A stretch of DNA of 64,000 nucleotides from Octopus bimaculoides. Its lineage: Eukaryota. The stretch lies in NCBI RefSeq assembly GCF_001194135.2, contig NC_068981.1, forward strand, positions 65,372,236 to 65,436,235, given 5' to 3'. A model generated the notes under the pieces. It worked only from the letters and a program-made list of their open reading frames with translations. It made no database searches and had not been told where the DNA came from. Shown piece by piece: positions 50,645-62,715 of this stretch. The position numbers were made by a program, and so were the translations under genes. Each line of letters begins with the position of its first letter. Within the stretch, counting starts at the first letter, position 1.

Positions 50645-50960
50645 AATCATGGATGGCCATGGGATTGCACCTAGAAAGTTACCCTCCGAGGCACAAGTCC
50701 GGGTAAGGTTGTTTATGGAAGACCAGCAGTCACTCATGCATATCAGCCTCCCCTCTCATGCCACCAATGTTATTGAAAGGAAAGGCAAAGGCCAATACTG
50801 CTTGGCACCAGCGACGTCACAACTGATTTCTACAGTGGAATGAATTGGAGCAATGCAAGATAAAGTGTCTTGCTCAAGAATGCAACACAGAGCCCAGTCT
50901 AGGAATCAAACTCACTACCTCATGATTGTGAGCCCAATGCTCTAACTACCGAGCTATGGT
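50645..50960 (-). mobile_element. tRNA-headed SINE (further family)
   Basis: On the minus strand, a head with GAGTTTGATTCC and TTCTTGAGCAAGACACTTT, and a body containing GACGTCGCTGGTGCCAAGC...GACTTGTGCCTCGGAGGGTAACTTTCTAGGTGCAATCCCATGG. Confidence 0.7.
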
Positions 50961-51459
50961 ATTTTATGTTCTGAATTCAAATCCTGCCCTTGTTCACTTT
51001 GTCTTTATTCTTCCTGGGGCCCAGAAATTAGGTAATAGGAAACTAGGGTCAATATAATCTACTATGCATTAGAAGGTGATACCCCAGCATGGTTACAATC
51101 TAATAACTGAAATCAAGATTTGATGAGAGGAAATTATCCTCAACAAAGGGAACTCTTCTAATACCACTCAATGACCTGGTTGCACTGTTAAACTGGACAA
51201 TAAGTTGAGCCAGCCACTCGTGTGTGTGTGTGTATGTCTGTTTTCATGGCTGTGCTAAGCTCCATGATATCTTATGAGCTCTTGTAACAACTGTACATAT
51301 CTGTAATATTGCTAAAACTGCATTCCAAAGTTTATGGGCTTTTCTTTTNNNNNNNNNNNNNNNNNNNNNNNNNNNNNNNNNNNNGGGGGGGGGGGGATTT
51401 GGGGTATCCCTTCAAGTTAAGAAATTAACTCAGCTTTCATAATTGCTAACTCTATACTG

Positions 51460-51745
51460 GCACTTCATCAGTTATGACAATGAGGGTTCCAGTTAATGTA
51501 ATCAACAGAACAGCCTCCACAGGCACGCATACCCTTAACATAATTCTCAGAGATTCAGCATGTCACAAAGTGTGACAGTGCTGGATCTTTGAATAACAAG
51601 TACAACTCAATTTTGCCAGCTGAGTGGACTGGAACAACGTGAAATAAATTGTCTTGCTCAAGGACACAATGCACTACTGGGAATCGAACTCACAACCTTA
51701 TGATTGTGAGCTGAACACCCTAACCACTAAACCATGTTCCCTCAC
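51460..51745 (-). mobile_element. SINE family C
   Basis: Reverse complement of the 2979-3360 type: GGTTTAGTGGTTAGGGTG..GAGTTCGATTCCCAG..TGTCCTTGAGCAAGAC..GTTAAGGGTATGCGTG..CTGGAACCCTCA. Confidence 0.75.
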
Positions 51746-51829
51746 TAACTCTCTATAAAGCTCAAGAAAGACATGCATTAAAGTACAGCTTGCGTACATG
51801 AAACAGTACAAACCACATTCCTCACCAAA

Positions 51830-52080
51830 ATCCATCCAGCTAATTTGCAAAGATTGCCAAGACTTTGTAGCCAGTGACCTGCAAATATGCTTCCTTCCAC
51901 CTTTTCTGTAATGACCTCTACATCAACCTCTTCACACTCATATCTCCAAATTCTATCTCTTCTTTCATTATCCCTTCTGTGTGTCTCAGTCTTCAAATCA
52001 CGTACTAAGCATTTTACTCCCAACTATTCTCCCCTAGAGCTGTATTCTGTTACAGTCCCTTACCTACTCCTGTTCCCTTT
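51830..52080 (+). mobile_element. CR1/L2/Jockey-group LINE 3' relic
   Basis: Decayed counterpart of the 16300-16620 segment (AIQLI-like; PFCVS..KSRTKHF..SPR-like). Confidence 0.45.
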
Positions 52081-52697
52081 TTCTTCAAACATCAACCTCT
52101 ATAGTCACATCAATTTCACAAGTCTGCTGGAAGAGCCCTGCAACTGCTGTAGATGCTTCCCTACCTCTCATGATTAAATTATCAATTAATGAAAAGGTAT
52201 GTGTGCATATGGGGATGTTCCACCATTACAGCAATGCTGGTTCATACTACTACTACTACTACTACTACTACTGCTATCTATTTTCATATTTTCTCTTCTC
52301 TTTGGAAATATAGTTTTACTACCATTTTATACAGAGCATTTCTTTCATAAAATGATTTTCAATTTTACTTTAATGCAATATTTGGCATCCCTTCTTTCAC
52401 TACCTACTATATATCACTGGATGCATTCATGTGTGTACATATGCATGCCTGTTGGATGTTACAATGGGTAAAACTCTCATGTTATGTTGCAGAGCATGTC
52501 TGCCCTTGTTCAATATTCAGTTTGACTTTTCCTTTTTTTTCTTCTTTTTTTTTTCTGATGTTGTTTCTAAAAAAATATTATGTAAATAGAAAATGGGCTC
52601 TGCTTGTTGATTTTATTGGTTACATCTGTGTTATCAAAAGGAAGGGAAACTGATGCTAAACAAAATTTTCTGTGACTCAGACTCTATTTTATACTAG

Positions 52698-52758
52698 TTC
52701 GATTGCTTTGAGATGTATTGGTATTTATTTGGTAAAAAAGGCTTTAATGATTTAGCAG
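52698..52758 (+). CDS. Candidate exon (phase 0 to 1): FDCFEMYWYLFGKKGFNDLA(G); read-through gives GIECVSMTQPNDICEVDTEAERR* to 52829
   Basis: Acceptor ctctattttatactag (an in-frame stop upstream), donor CAG/gtatcg. AATAAA motifs follow at ~52846-52858 if it is terminal. Phase-compatible with 35488-35534. Confidence 0.3.
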
Positions 52759-54822
52759 GTATCGAATGTGTTTCAATGACTCAGCCAAATGATATTTGTG
52801 AAGTGGACACTGAAGCTGAAAGGAGATAACATTAGTCATTAAAAAATAAAAATAAAATAAGAATTATTAGCTTAGTTGATGTTTGCAAACTGTTCCTTAT
52901 TAAGAATTAAAAGGAACACCAATCCCTTTTGGAATCATATTTCATAAAATTCAGGAAAAAAAAAATGCAAAAAGAAATAAATCATCTTGTTTAGAGTACA
53001 AATCAGGGAAAGGGATTTTGAGTTTAATTTTTTTTTTTTTTTTTTAAGTCTTCAAAATAGATAAAGATTAACAGGTTGAAAATTGTTGTAATTTAGCAGG
53101 TCAGTCTTGATCGAACAGATCTCTGATCAAAGGCATTCCAATCATGACCCTCCTACCTGTTTATGGGTATCTAGAATGGCATTAAGGCTGAGAATTGGCA
53201 GATTTGTTACAGTGTTGGATATAATGCCTTACAGTATTTGTGCCCTCTACACTCTGAATTCAATTCCTGCTGAGGTAAACTTTACCCTTCATCACTTTCG
53301 GGGTCAATTAAGTACTGATCTAGGATGGTATGGATTGGTGAAGTTGTTAGTGCCAGAAGGGGAATGTCATGAGGGATCTGTTCCATCTCTTTGCATTCTG
53401 ATTGCAACATCTGCAAACACTGGTGCCCAGCTGCCTTTCCTTTAACAACATTGTGTCTTTTACTATACCTCAGACTTACTGGTGTTGGATTAGTTTTATT
53501 CCTTGGAAATCAAGCAGTTCAGCGAAGTGTAGCTGACAAAATAAGTACATGGCTTAAAAGAATAAATAAATAAATACTGGGATAGATTTGTTTGACTTAA
53601 CTCTTCAATGCAGTACCCCATTATGGCCACAAACTAATGACTGGAACGAGTAGAAGATATATGATGAAGATTAGTTTGTTGCCATGCATGTTAATTCCTA
53701 CGAGTGAGTCACTACATCACACCGTTGCTTGTCTTGCTAGAAATATCAGCCAAATCACTCTGAAATTCCACTCATAGTATTAAAAAAATGGAAGGACACA
53801 TTAAATAATGTAGTCCTCCACAGGTCTTGTGAGACTATGGCTCTGCACCAGGAAAGCTCCTCCACAGAGGACAGACTGTTTCTTTCTTTTTCTTTTTTTC
53901 CATGGAAACAAACAGTTGCTCAATCATGCAAGTATATGTGTGTGTGTGTGTGTGTCTTTGTGTTAGTCCTCTGCCACCACTTAACAACTGGTATTGGTTT
54001 GTTTAGGTCCCTGTAATGTAGCAGATTGGTAAAACAGAATAAATGCTTGGCTTTAAAAAAGAAAACAAAAGTACTGGGCTCAATTCATTCAGCTAAAAAT
54101 TCTTCAAGGCAGTGCCCCAGCATGGCCACAGTCTAAAGACTGAAACAAGTAAAAGATAAAAGATAAGATACTTTTATTGGTTTTTGTTTTTGTTAGCCTC
54201 TAGTTTTTGAGGCTTTTCTTTATTCTTTCTTCAGTCTGAAATTTTAGACTGTAAAAAGGAAAGGAAAAAAAGAACACAAGACAAAACAAATAAAAGTAAA
54301 TTCAAAAAAGAACTTTAAATATAAGTTACCATTTCTTGTATAACATTTCAGTTTTGAATTAGTTTAAAGTGGTGAGCACTCTAGTGTAGGTAGTAAAACC
54401 TAAGTTTTGTAATCTCATTTGTTGCTATTTCACTTATTTCCAAAATACACTTCTAACTGCTACTACTACTACTACTACTACTAGAGCTTCATCTCTTGAA
54501 GTCAATTAATGCATAGGATAAACATTGCTTAGAGCATCAATGAGGGAGCTCTTAGACAGCCACTGAACACCAGTCAAATATTGTTCGGATTACATCTTAC
54601 CATCATCTGAAAGAACACTTCGAATAATGTCATCCGAGATACACTGTATCAGAAAGAGAGAAAGAGAAAATAAATTAATTAATAAAAGTTAAGTCATAAC
54701 TGAGATACAGTCAATCACATATTTCCTTAGGGTTAATTTGAGTCTGAACAACAACTGCAACTTGTATCTACAAAACTTGTTTTAAATTTCTGATGTAGAA
54801 GTGTAGAGGATTATTATTATTA

Positions 54823-55695
54823 AGGCTGCAAGCTGGCAGAATCATTAGCATGCCAGGCAAAATGCTTAGCAGTATTTCCCCTGTCTTTACGTTCTGAGTT
54901 CATATTCTGCCGAGGTTGACTTTGCCTTTCATCCTTTTGGAGTTGATAAATTAAGTACCTGTTGAGCATTGGGGTTGATATAATTGACTTAACCCCTCCG
55001 CCAAAATTGCAGGCCTTGTGCCAAAAAAAAAGCAACCATTATTTTATTATTAAGGTAGCAAGCTGGCAAACTCGTTAGCATGCCAGACAAAATGCTGAGT
55101 AGCATTCCATCCGTCTTTACATACTACGAAATTCCACCAATGTTTTCTTTGCCTTTCATCCCTTTGGGGTCAAATATGGATGTATTATCTTCCATGAATA
55201 GTCAAGCACTGGGGTCAGTAAATTCGACTAGCCCCCTTGCCCACAATTTCAGGCCTTGTGCCTATAGTAGAAAGAATTACTATTATTGAAGTCAGCAAAA
55301 TGGCAGAAGTTTTGGCACACTGGAAAAAATACCTTGCGTTCTGTGTTCAAATTCTGCCAAGACCAACTTTGCTTTTTATCCCTTTTGGGGTCAGTAAAAT
55401 CATTGGCAGTCGAGCACTGGGGTCTAGACCCCTTCTCCAAAATTTCAGGCTTTGAGTCTATAGTAAAAAAGACTTAGGTGGTGAGCTAGCAGAATCATTA
55501 GTATACCAAGCGAAAGGCTTAGCAGCATTTAGTCCATCTTTACATTCTGAGATCAAATTCTGCCGAGGTTGACTTTGCTTTTAAACCTTTCGGAATCGAT
55601 AAATTAATCAGTAGTGGAGTCTAGGTAATTGACTTAATCCCTCCCCTAAAATTTGCTGGCCTTGTGACAAAATTTGAGACCATTATTATTATTAT
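54823..55695 (+). mobile_element. Array of four head-to-tail SINE family B copies with (ATT)n spacers
   Basis: Units start at about 54823, 55052, 55289 and 55476. (ATT)n lies before unit 1, between units 1-2 and 2-3, and after unit 4. Confidence 0.9.
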
Positions 55696-56679
55696 TTTGT
55701 TTTACTTTGAAACAAAAATTTTGTTCCTTTTAACTTAAATATGTAAACAAATATTTGCACTCAGTTTCCTTCATACTATATATATATATATAATTAGATA
55801 TAATTCTTAATTTTCTTTTTCTTGCAGTGTTTAGTTATATCCCTTCATGTTTTTAGTCTAAATCCACCCAAGTTCGACTCCACTTTCTGTCCTTTGGTAC
55901 AGAAATCAATTCTGCTGGTTCTTTCCACATCTTAAAAATTGTAGGCTTACACTTATGTTTTAAAATCATTATTAATTTTATATATTTCCTTACTGAAAAT
56001 TGAGGGATTATTTAAAATGTACTTAATACTTTTTATTTTTCCTTCTTTTTTTTTTCTGAAATATTATTTAATGAGACATTTCTTTGCTGATTCTGTGGGC
56101 AAAAGTAGGTATACAGTTCCTTAATATGAGTGGAGTGTTCTTTTCATTTATCTTTTTCTTTTATATAAACCTAAGCAGTTCATAAGTTGATGAATGGATC
56201 TGCAGGATGTGCCTAGTTCATTGGAAGCCCACTTTTTTTTATTTCTGGGGATTTTGAGTGAATGCGCATATTAAGCAACTGTATACCTAATTTTGCCCAT
56301 CTTCCTCTACATTCATGTAAATTGTATGTACACACACATACTGAAAGCTGAATGGCTGCAAACATGCATAAACTGCTGGAACATTGACCAATTAGTTATT
56401 ACATTAGTTCAAATCTTGCTTCTGGCATTGTTGTGCTTCAGGCAAACCACACAATTTGCCTCAATTAAGTTAGGTTGCCTGACAACAAATTTCATTCTTA
56501 CTTTTGCAAATGAGTGGAAAGAAAGACATCCAACTGTAAAAATAATTTTGTAAATGCCTAGATTTTTAAAAAATGTTCTACAGTCTAACAGAAAACATAT
56601 TTTGAGAAACAGTAAAAAAAAAAAGTCTTTCCAATAAATGGTATTTGTTCTCTCTTTCTGCTAACGTTATGAATAGTTT

Positions 56680-56890
56680 TAAAGCGGCGAGCTGGCAGAA
56701 TTGTTAGCATGCCAGGCGAAATGCTTAGCGGCATTTCATCTGTCTCTATGTTCCAAGTTCAAATTCCACTGAGGTTGACTTAGCCTTTCATCCTTTCAGG
56801 ATCAGTTAAATAAGTACCGGTTGAGCACTGGGGTTGATGTAATCAACTTACCCCCTCCTCCAAAATTGCTGGCCTTGTGCCAAAATTCAT
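56680..56890 (+). mobile_element. SINE family B, young copy
   Basis: AAAGCGGCGAGCTGGCAGAATTGTTAGCATGCCAGGCGAAATGCTTAGCGGCATTTC...GGCCTTGTGCCAAAATT. Confidence 0.9.
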
Positions 56891-56999
56891 CATAGGATTA
56901 CTTGTTTTTGCCAGCTGAGTGGACTGGAGCATTGTGAAATGAAGTGTTTTACTCAATAACACAACCTATCACCCGGTCCTGGAATCAAAGCCACAATCT

Positions 57000-57054
<55 letters not shown>

Positions 57055-57063
<9 letters not shown>

Positions 57064-57210
57064 GGTTCTTTCACTTTCCACTTATCAAATCCACTCACTA
57101 GACTTTGGTTAGCCCAAGGCTATAGTACAAGACACTTACCCAAGGTGTCATGCAGTGGGATTGAAGCCAGAATCGTGTGATTGGGAAGCAAACTTCTTAC
57201 TACACATCTA
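57055..57210 (-). mobile_element. SINE family A, 5' half
   Basis: CTTCTTTCACTTTCC..AAATCCACTCAC..GACACTTACCCAAGGTG..GCAGTGGGATTGAAGCC..CTTCTTACTACAC, next to (TA)n. Confidence 0.8.
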
Positions 57211-57289
57211 TCTGAAATAAACTTGACTGTTCTCACAAACAAGAATACTAAAAATGAACCCAACCACTCCCAAAAATTAATTAAAAAAC

Positions 57290-57472
57290 AGCCTGAATCC
57301 TTGTCTAGTACTGGATCAATCCCAAAATCTAATCAGTTTGTGCCAATCATGAGGCCAAACATCCCTGAAAGTTTCGTCTGAATCCATCCAATGATTCTTG
57401 AGATATCTTGTCCATGGACAAACAAACATGACTGAAAACAATACCTCCACCTTAGAGAAGGCGGAGGTAACA
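57290..57472. mobile_element. Non-autonomous Helentron-associated (DINE-1/HINE-like) element end
   Basis: Terminal hairpin TACCTCCACCTT-agag-AAGGCGGAGGTA (57442-57469) next to GAAAACAA, (AAAC)n, TCTTGAGATATCTTG and CCAAAATCTAATCAG. This layout is typical of HINE-like repeats. Confidence 0.55.
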
Positions 57473-57725
57473 ACTTTCCTCAAAAGAAAATAACCCATCA
57501 ATACAGTAGTGCACTTCTGCATGTATTGACTAACAAGTGTTTCATAAAACAAAGTAAAAACATTCGTTTAGCTATAAAAATCTGTTTTCATGGTTCTCTT
57601 TGGGAATAATTTGTTTCTTTTTATCAGACTCTTGGGAACACAGTTGATATAGTTTTCTTCTGAACTCACAAAAGGGAAATGAGCACGTGTGTGTGTGCAC
57701 ACATGTATGTATGTATGTATGTATG

Positions 57726-57768
<43 letters not shown>

Positions 57769-58224
57769 GTAGGTATGTATGTATATACATGTATAGAGAG
57801 AGAAAACACTACTTATTAAATCTTTTCATCAATAGTAGCAATCTTGGAATTGGATATTTTCTTTCAGTTTTGTCACTTCTTAATTTTCCTTTTAGAATTT
57901 ACATAAAAAATAAAATGCTACAGTGTGTGTTGCTTGCTTCTCTTTTATGTCTCATATTTATTTTAGTCTACAGCTGTTTGTTGTTATTGTTACTGCTGTT
58001 GTTGATGTTGTTATCTGAACTCAAGACAGCCTTGAGAGAGCAGACCTAATAGTTGAAAACATTCCAGCCTTGATCAATCCAACTTTTATTCAAATATAGT
58101 TTATCCAGGACTACATTATCCAGCATATATCTTCTTTCCTAAATAAGTAGACTGTGATTTGGCTGTTATTTATAGTTGATAGTGAGATCATGTAATAGCT
58201 ATTACTGTTGTTTAACTTCAAGTA

Positions 58225-59007
58225 TTGGGTCGTCCCGTAAATAAGGCGTTTATTTTTTTCAATTGCATGGACTAAAAGTCAGCAAATTGGGTCAGTGCGT
58301 TTCTCACAAACTTTCTGAGTCTAATCGCATGCAGAGAGTGAATGTGGGCTCTTCTTTGCTGTCACATCTTACAAATGAACCTTTTTTGGATTGAATAGAG
58401 ACTGGTGACAAGAAATAGGTTCTCTATAAAAATGTAAAGTGCTGAAAACAGTAGGAAAGGAAAAACACCAACACCCCAGGCTAAAGAAGGTCTTCACCTA
58501 CATAAGGTGTTGTTATCTCTTTGGTGGGATATGAAAGGTTTAGTCCACTTTGAACTTTTAAACCGAAACCAAACAATAACAAAGGAGATCTACTGCAGGA
58601 GCTTGAGCATCTTAAGTCAGAGCTAGAAAGTGTTCTTCCAAGATGAAAGGTGTTCTTCCATCAGGATAATGCTCAGCCACATACAGCAAGGATGACATTC
58701 CAAAGGCTAGAGCAGTTTAAATGGGAGACCATATTCGCCGGACATATCCAATTATCATTAATTCCACAGTCTTCAAAATCATTTGGATGGGAAAAATATG
58801 AATTCTGTAGACAAGATCAGAACAGTAGTGGAGTATTTTTCATCACAGACAAGTGAATTTTAGAAGAAGGGCCTTGCAAGTCTGCCAGATGGATGGAAGA
58901 GCAGTGTAGAAAGTGAAGGAGAGTATATTTTAGAATAAAAATGAACTTTATCTTAATTTTGAAAAATTAAAAAAGTATTAAAAAAATACATTTATGGGAT
59001 GACCCAA
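58225..59007 (+). mobile_element. Internally deleted mariner (Tc1/mariner, DD34D-type) element with both TIRs
   Basis: TA/TTGGGTCGTCCCGTAAAT...ATTTATGGGATGACCCAA/TA (TA TSD). Transposase motifs: FLD*IETGDKK*VLY (TGDEKW), LHLHKVLLSLWWDMKGLVHFELL, FHQDNAQPH, YSPDI..YH*FHSLQNHL. The N-terminal HTH region is missing. Confidence 0.93.
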
Positions 59008-59821
59008 TATTTCCCGATAGAGCAGACTTGCATCAAAGACATCCTAGTTGTGGCAACCATGTCCTTATCTAATACGTAGCTAGTATAACTAGGGCTACCT
59101 TATCCATTCTCTATCTATTCTTTTGCAAGGCAGTAAGATGTTATTTGAGGGGTAGTTGGCTGCTGTTTCTAGTAGACTGAGTGATAATACACAGTGACTT
59201 ACTCCCTCATTAGTTCAGTTTTATATTTACCATTTACACCCAACTCTATAACTTTTCTTAGTTTTCCATGTTATCAATTGTAAATATTTGGCGGGGGGGT
59301 TTGTGGAGAAGAAAATCAATCAAAAAAATTCCCCATTCTTTGGATGTGTTTTAATCAAGATATTTAGTGGTTAGAGAGATAATCAGAAGATTTAATTCAA
59401 AGAGTCTAAGCTGCATTTACATAGTTACATAACTCTGATGCTGTAGCAAGCAAGGCAGATCAAATATCCCAAAGATAACAGTGGGGTTTGGGTGATGTAG
59501 CACTGTAGCATCTATAACATGTATTCATTCAGGAATTCCTTGCAATCTAATTAACACATATTTGTAGTGAAGGAATGTCTGGGGTCTTAATTGAAGGTAT
59601 GCTAAGTAAGATGAATCTGCTAGATGAACTGAACACCCTCTCTATATAGTAACATCCAGTGCTAGATTTGGTGTAGATGGCAGAAATAAAACAAAGAAAA
59701 GTGTCACAATGTATAGTTTTTATAAATTTTCTGTTCATGTATTGTGTGTGTGTATGAATATGTACACACTACCCAAAAAACACATCCATATATAAAGATA
59801 TGCATAAACCCACACATATAA

Positions 59822-59862
<41 letters not shown>

Positions 59863-60139
59863 TATATATATATATATCCACATACATGCTTGTGCACATT
59901 AATATACAACATATGCATTAACCCATACATGATACACACACACATCCACATGTTTGTGCACGTTTTAATATAAAACATATGCATAAACCCATACATAATA
60001 TATGTATGTGTGTACAAACATACACATACACACTTGTGCACATATTCATATACAACATATGCATACAGCCAGAGTAAATATAAAGCCACTCACACACACA
60101 TCTGTACACATGCATACACATACATATCTTGATTTCTAG

Positions 60140-60160
60140 GTAAATGGTGCAATACAAGAG
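60140..60160 (+). CDS. Candidate 21-nt microexon: VNGAIQE (phase 0) or xKWCNTRx (phase 1)
   Basis: Acceptor tcttgatttctag/G, donor GAG/gtgagg, frame-preserving length. Confidence 0.25.
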
Positions 60161-61006
60161 GTGAGGAAACTTAATGCAAGAAGCACGTAGGATTCAAGTG
60201 ACAATCTGGTTAACATAAAAATTCTAGCTCATTTTAGTAAATTATATATTCTGTTTTGGATTTTACCTTTCATAATTGCAAATAGAAGGAAAACAGCTGA
60301 ATAGCATAATACTGAATATGTATTACATTAATATTGATATAATACTACAATATGTTATTTAGGCCCAAGCTATTCCCTGATATAGTAGATCTATGATCAA
60401 AGAATTCTACTTGTTTTGAAATAAATTTGGCTCCTGTACTATTTTTGACACGTAAAGTGGTCACATAGAGGCTTCCCAGAGATGGTACGAAAGCCAATAG
60501 GAAATCTCCTAGGCATGTTTATTGTTAGAAAGAAAAAAAAAAAATTAATACAAAATGTTATAAAAGGATGTGGACATTGGAAAGCCAGGTGTAAGTTTCC
60601 ATTGAATTAGTTGAAACAACCATTTCACTTTACTTATTTACGCTACTAATGTGACAAGTGAAGATGTTACATCTCTATTTCACTGCCCTGTTTTAACGAA
60701 ATTTGGAGTTTTTGAGAGAGGCAAGTGTTCATGAGGAAGAGACCGACTCTTTGAGATTGTGATTTGGTTTTGATTTCAACTGAAATTATTTGATTCTCCT
60801 ACTATGAGAAAGAGAGTCACATGAGTCATATTTTTTTTTTTAAATTTCACTCTCTTCAGAATATAGGCNNNNNNNNNNNNNNNNNNNNNNNNNNNNNNNN
60901 NNNNNNNNNNNNNNNNNNNNNNNNNNNNNNNNNNNNNNNNNNNNNNNNNNNNNNNNNNNNNNNNNNNNNNNNNNNNNNNNNNNNNNNNNNNNNNNNNNNN
61001 NNNNNN

Positions 61007-61230
61007 CATGTGTATATATATTTGTGTGTCTGTGTTTGTCTCCTCCACCATAACTTGATAACCAATGCTGGTGTGTTTACATCCCCATAACTTAGCTGTT
61101 CAGCAAAAGAGACCAATAGAATTAGTACAGGCTTACAAAGAATAAGTCCTGGTGTCAATTTATTTGACTAAAAGGTGGTGCTCCAGCATGGCTACATTAC
61201 ATCCAGATGACTGAAACAAGTAAAAGGGTA
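61007..61230 (+). mobile_element. SINE family A, 3' half (5' half presumably in the gap)
   Basis: GTGTCTGTGTTTGTC..GCTGGTGTGTTTACATCCCCATAACTTAGC..CAAAAGAGACC..CTCCAGCATGGC..GACTGAAACAAGTAAAAG. Confidence 0.85.
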
Positions 61231-61488
61231 AAGTCTAAATTGAGTTTAACTGTATATATTTGTATACAGTAAGGACTCTTGTATGTCCCCTGTAGTTATA
61301 GGCATGAAATCCTGAAAAAGTCTTGTGCTGTGTACTTGTGCACATGTCCTTATTTTGCAACCAGCACACAAAAGAAATGAATGTGTACACATAAAATTAA
61401 TGAATGTACAGATGATTAATTTCCTAAAATAATGTGGTAATTAATAATTATACTTATATATTTCAATGTGTACATACTTTTGTCACAG

Positions 61489-61520
61489 GAGAAATTGCCC
61501 AATATAAGATTATTGTGCAC
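61489..61520 (+). CDS. Candidate 32-nt exon (phase 1 to 0): (G)EIAQYKIIVH
   Basis: Acceptor catacttttgtcacag/G, donor CAC/gtgagc. Phase-compatible with 52698-52758. Confidence 0.3.
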
Positions 61521-62404
61521 GTGAGCTTTTAAAATTTAGATGAGAATATATTCCTCTTTTGTATTAATATACATTGTATTAACTTTAGAATTATAATATA
61601 AGGAACAGGAGTCTCTAGTCAGATTTATTTTAAATTATAAAATACACCAGGAAAATTCATGTGTACACAACAAGACAAAACGATATTGAAAGTGACCTTT
61701 GGACTTTACCAGTGTAGGCCATGATAAGTGTACCTACTGTAAAATCAACATTGGAAAAAATTCACATGACAGTATTGTTTTCAGGATAAAAGTGTGTATT
61801 GCATAGGAATAAATATGGTAGGCACACACACACTCTTGTGTGCACAAAATGGATGTTATATGTTTTGATGATGAATGCCACAGTTGTTTGATCATCAGAA
61901 CAATCTACTAATTGTGCTCCACAGAGACTTAGCTTTAACACACCTCTCAGCCTGAATCACTATGACAAGGCTGTCCCTTTGAATTACTGGTACAATCCAT
62001 TCTGTGGACTTGCACACCATTTCTCTCTCTCCTCAATTTCACTCACAAAGGGCTATATAACCAAAATGCACTAAAACAAGCAGATTGATGAGGTGTTGGC
62101 TCCCTTCCAACTAAAACTGTAGCTTTCCACTTTCTTTGGGAAGACATTAAACGCTCCAAATAACATTTTCTCACCCTGTGAAGTTATTAGGGTTGCAAAT
62201 TTGTTGATGGTTACATCTGTTTAGTCTACTGCAAATAACAGGCAGACAGATATCTCTCATTCCCTTGTTGTTTTAAAAGGGAGAAGACACCATCAGTAAC
62301 ATGGACTTGGATAATGACTGCCTGAAAGAAAGATGGGATGTTCATGACTTGGGCTCCTTTGATCAGAGCTGACTGAGATGGAGTCAACCAACAACAACAG
62401 CAAT

Positions 62405-62715
62405 AAACATCATCATTATCATTGTCGTCATTGAACGTCCGCTTTCTATCCTGGCATGGGTTGGACGGTTTAACTGAGGACTGGTGAGCCAGAAGGCTGC
62501 ACCAGGCTCTAATCTGCTGATCCGGCAAAGTTTCTACAGCTCGATGCCCTTTCTAACACCAACCACTCCAAGAATGTAGTGGGTGCTTTTACATGCCACC
62601 AGCATGAGGGCCAGTGAGGTGGCACTGGCAACGACCACGCTCGAAAGTTGTTTTTCACATACCACCGGCACAGGTGCCAGTAAGGTGATGCTGGCAACAA
62701 TCACGCCAAACCAAA
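62405..62715 (-). mobile_element. RTE-type 3' tail fragment
   Basis: Reverse complement of 11090-11378 (CATTGAACGTCCGCTTTC..GGCATGGGTTGGACG..TTTCTACAGCTCGATGCCCTTTCTAACACCAACCACTC..GGGTGCTTTTACATGCCA). Confidence 0.75.

Noticed and set aside
54823-55695. Regular repeat array superficially like CRISPR or satellite DNA
   Set aside because: The units are ~200-bp SINEs found singly elsewhere in the window, with no unique spacers and no cas genes.
54809-55695. Idea that the (ATT)n-associated SINE is mobilised by the (TAA)n-associated R4/Dong element
   Set aside because: The repeats lie on opposite strands relative to element sense, no shared 3' tail is visible, and the SINE has long TSDs in non-repeat targets.
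61489-61520. YKIIVH as the start of a PLAT/LH2 domain
   Set aside because: No downstream TG..AGT exon could be found in the window, and six residues are too few to name a domain.
62080-62130. Degenerate hammerhead-like motif TTGATGAG-GTGTTGG…CCAAC-TAAAAC-TGTA
   Set aside because: Both core boxes are mutated (CTGA to TTGA, GAAA to AAAA) and stem I is out of register. At best a dead relic.
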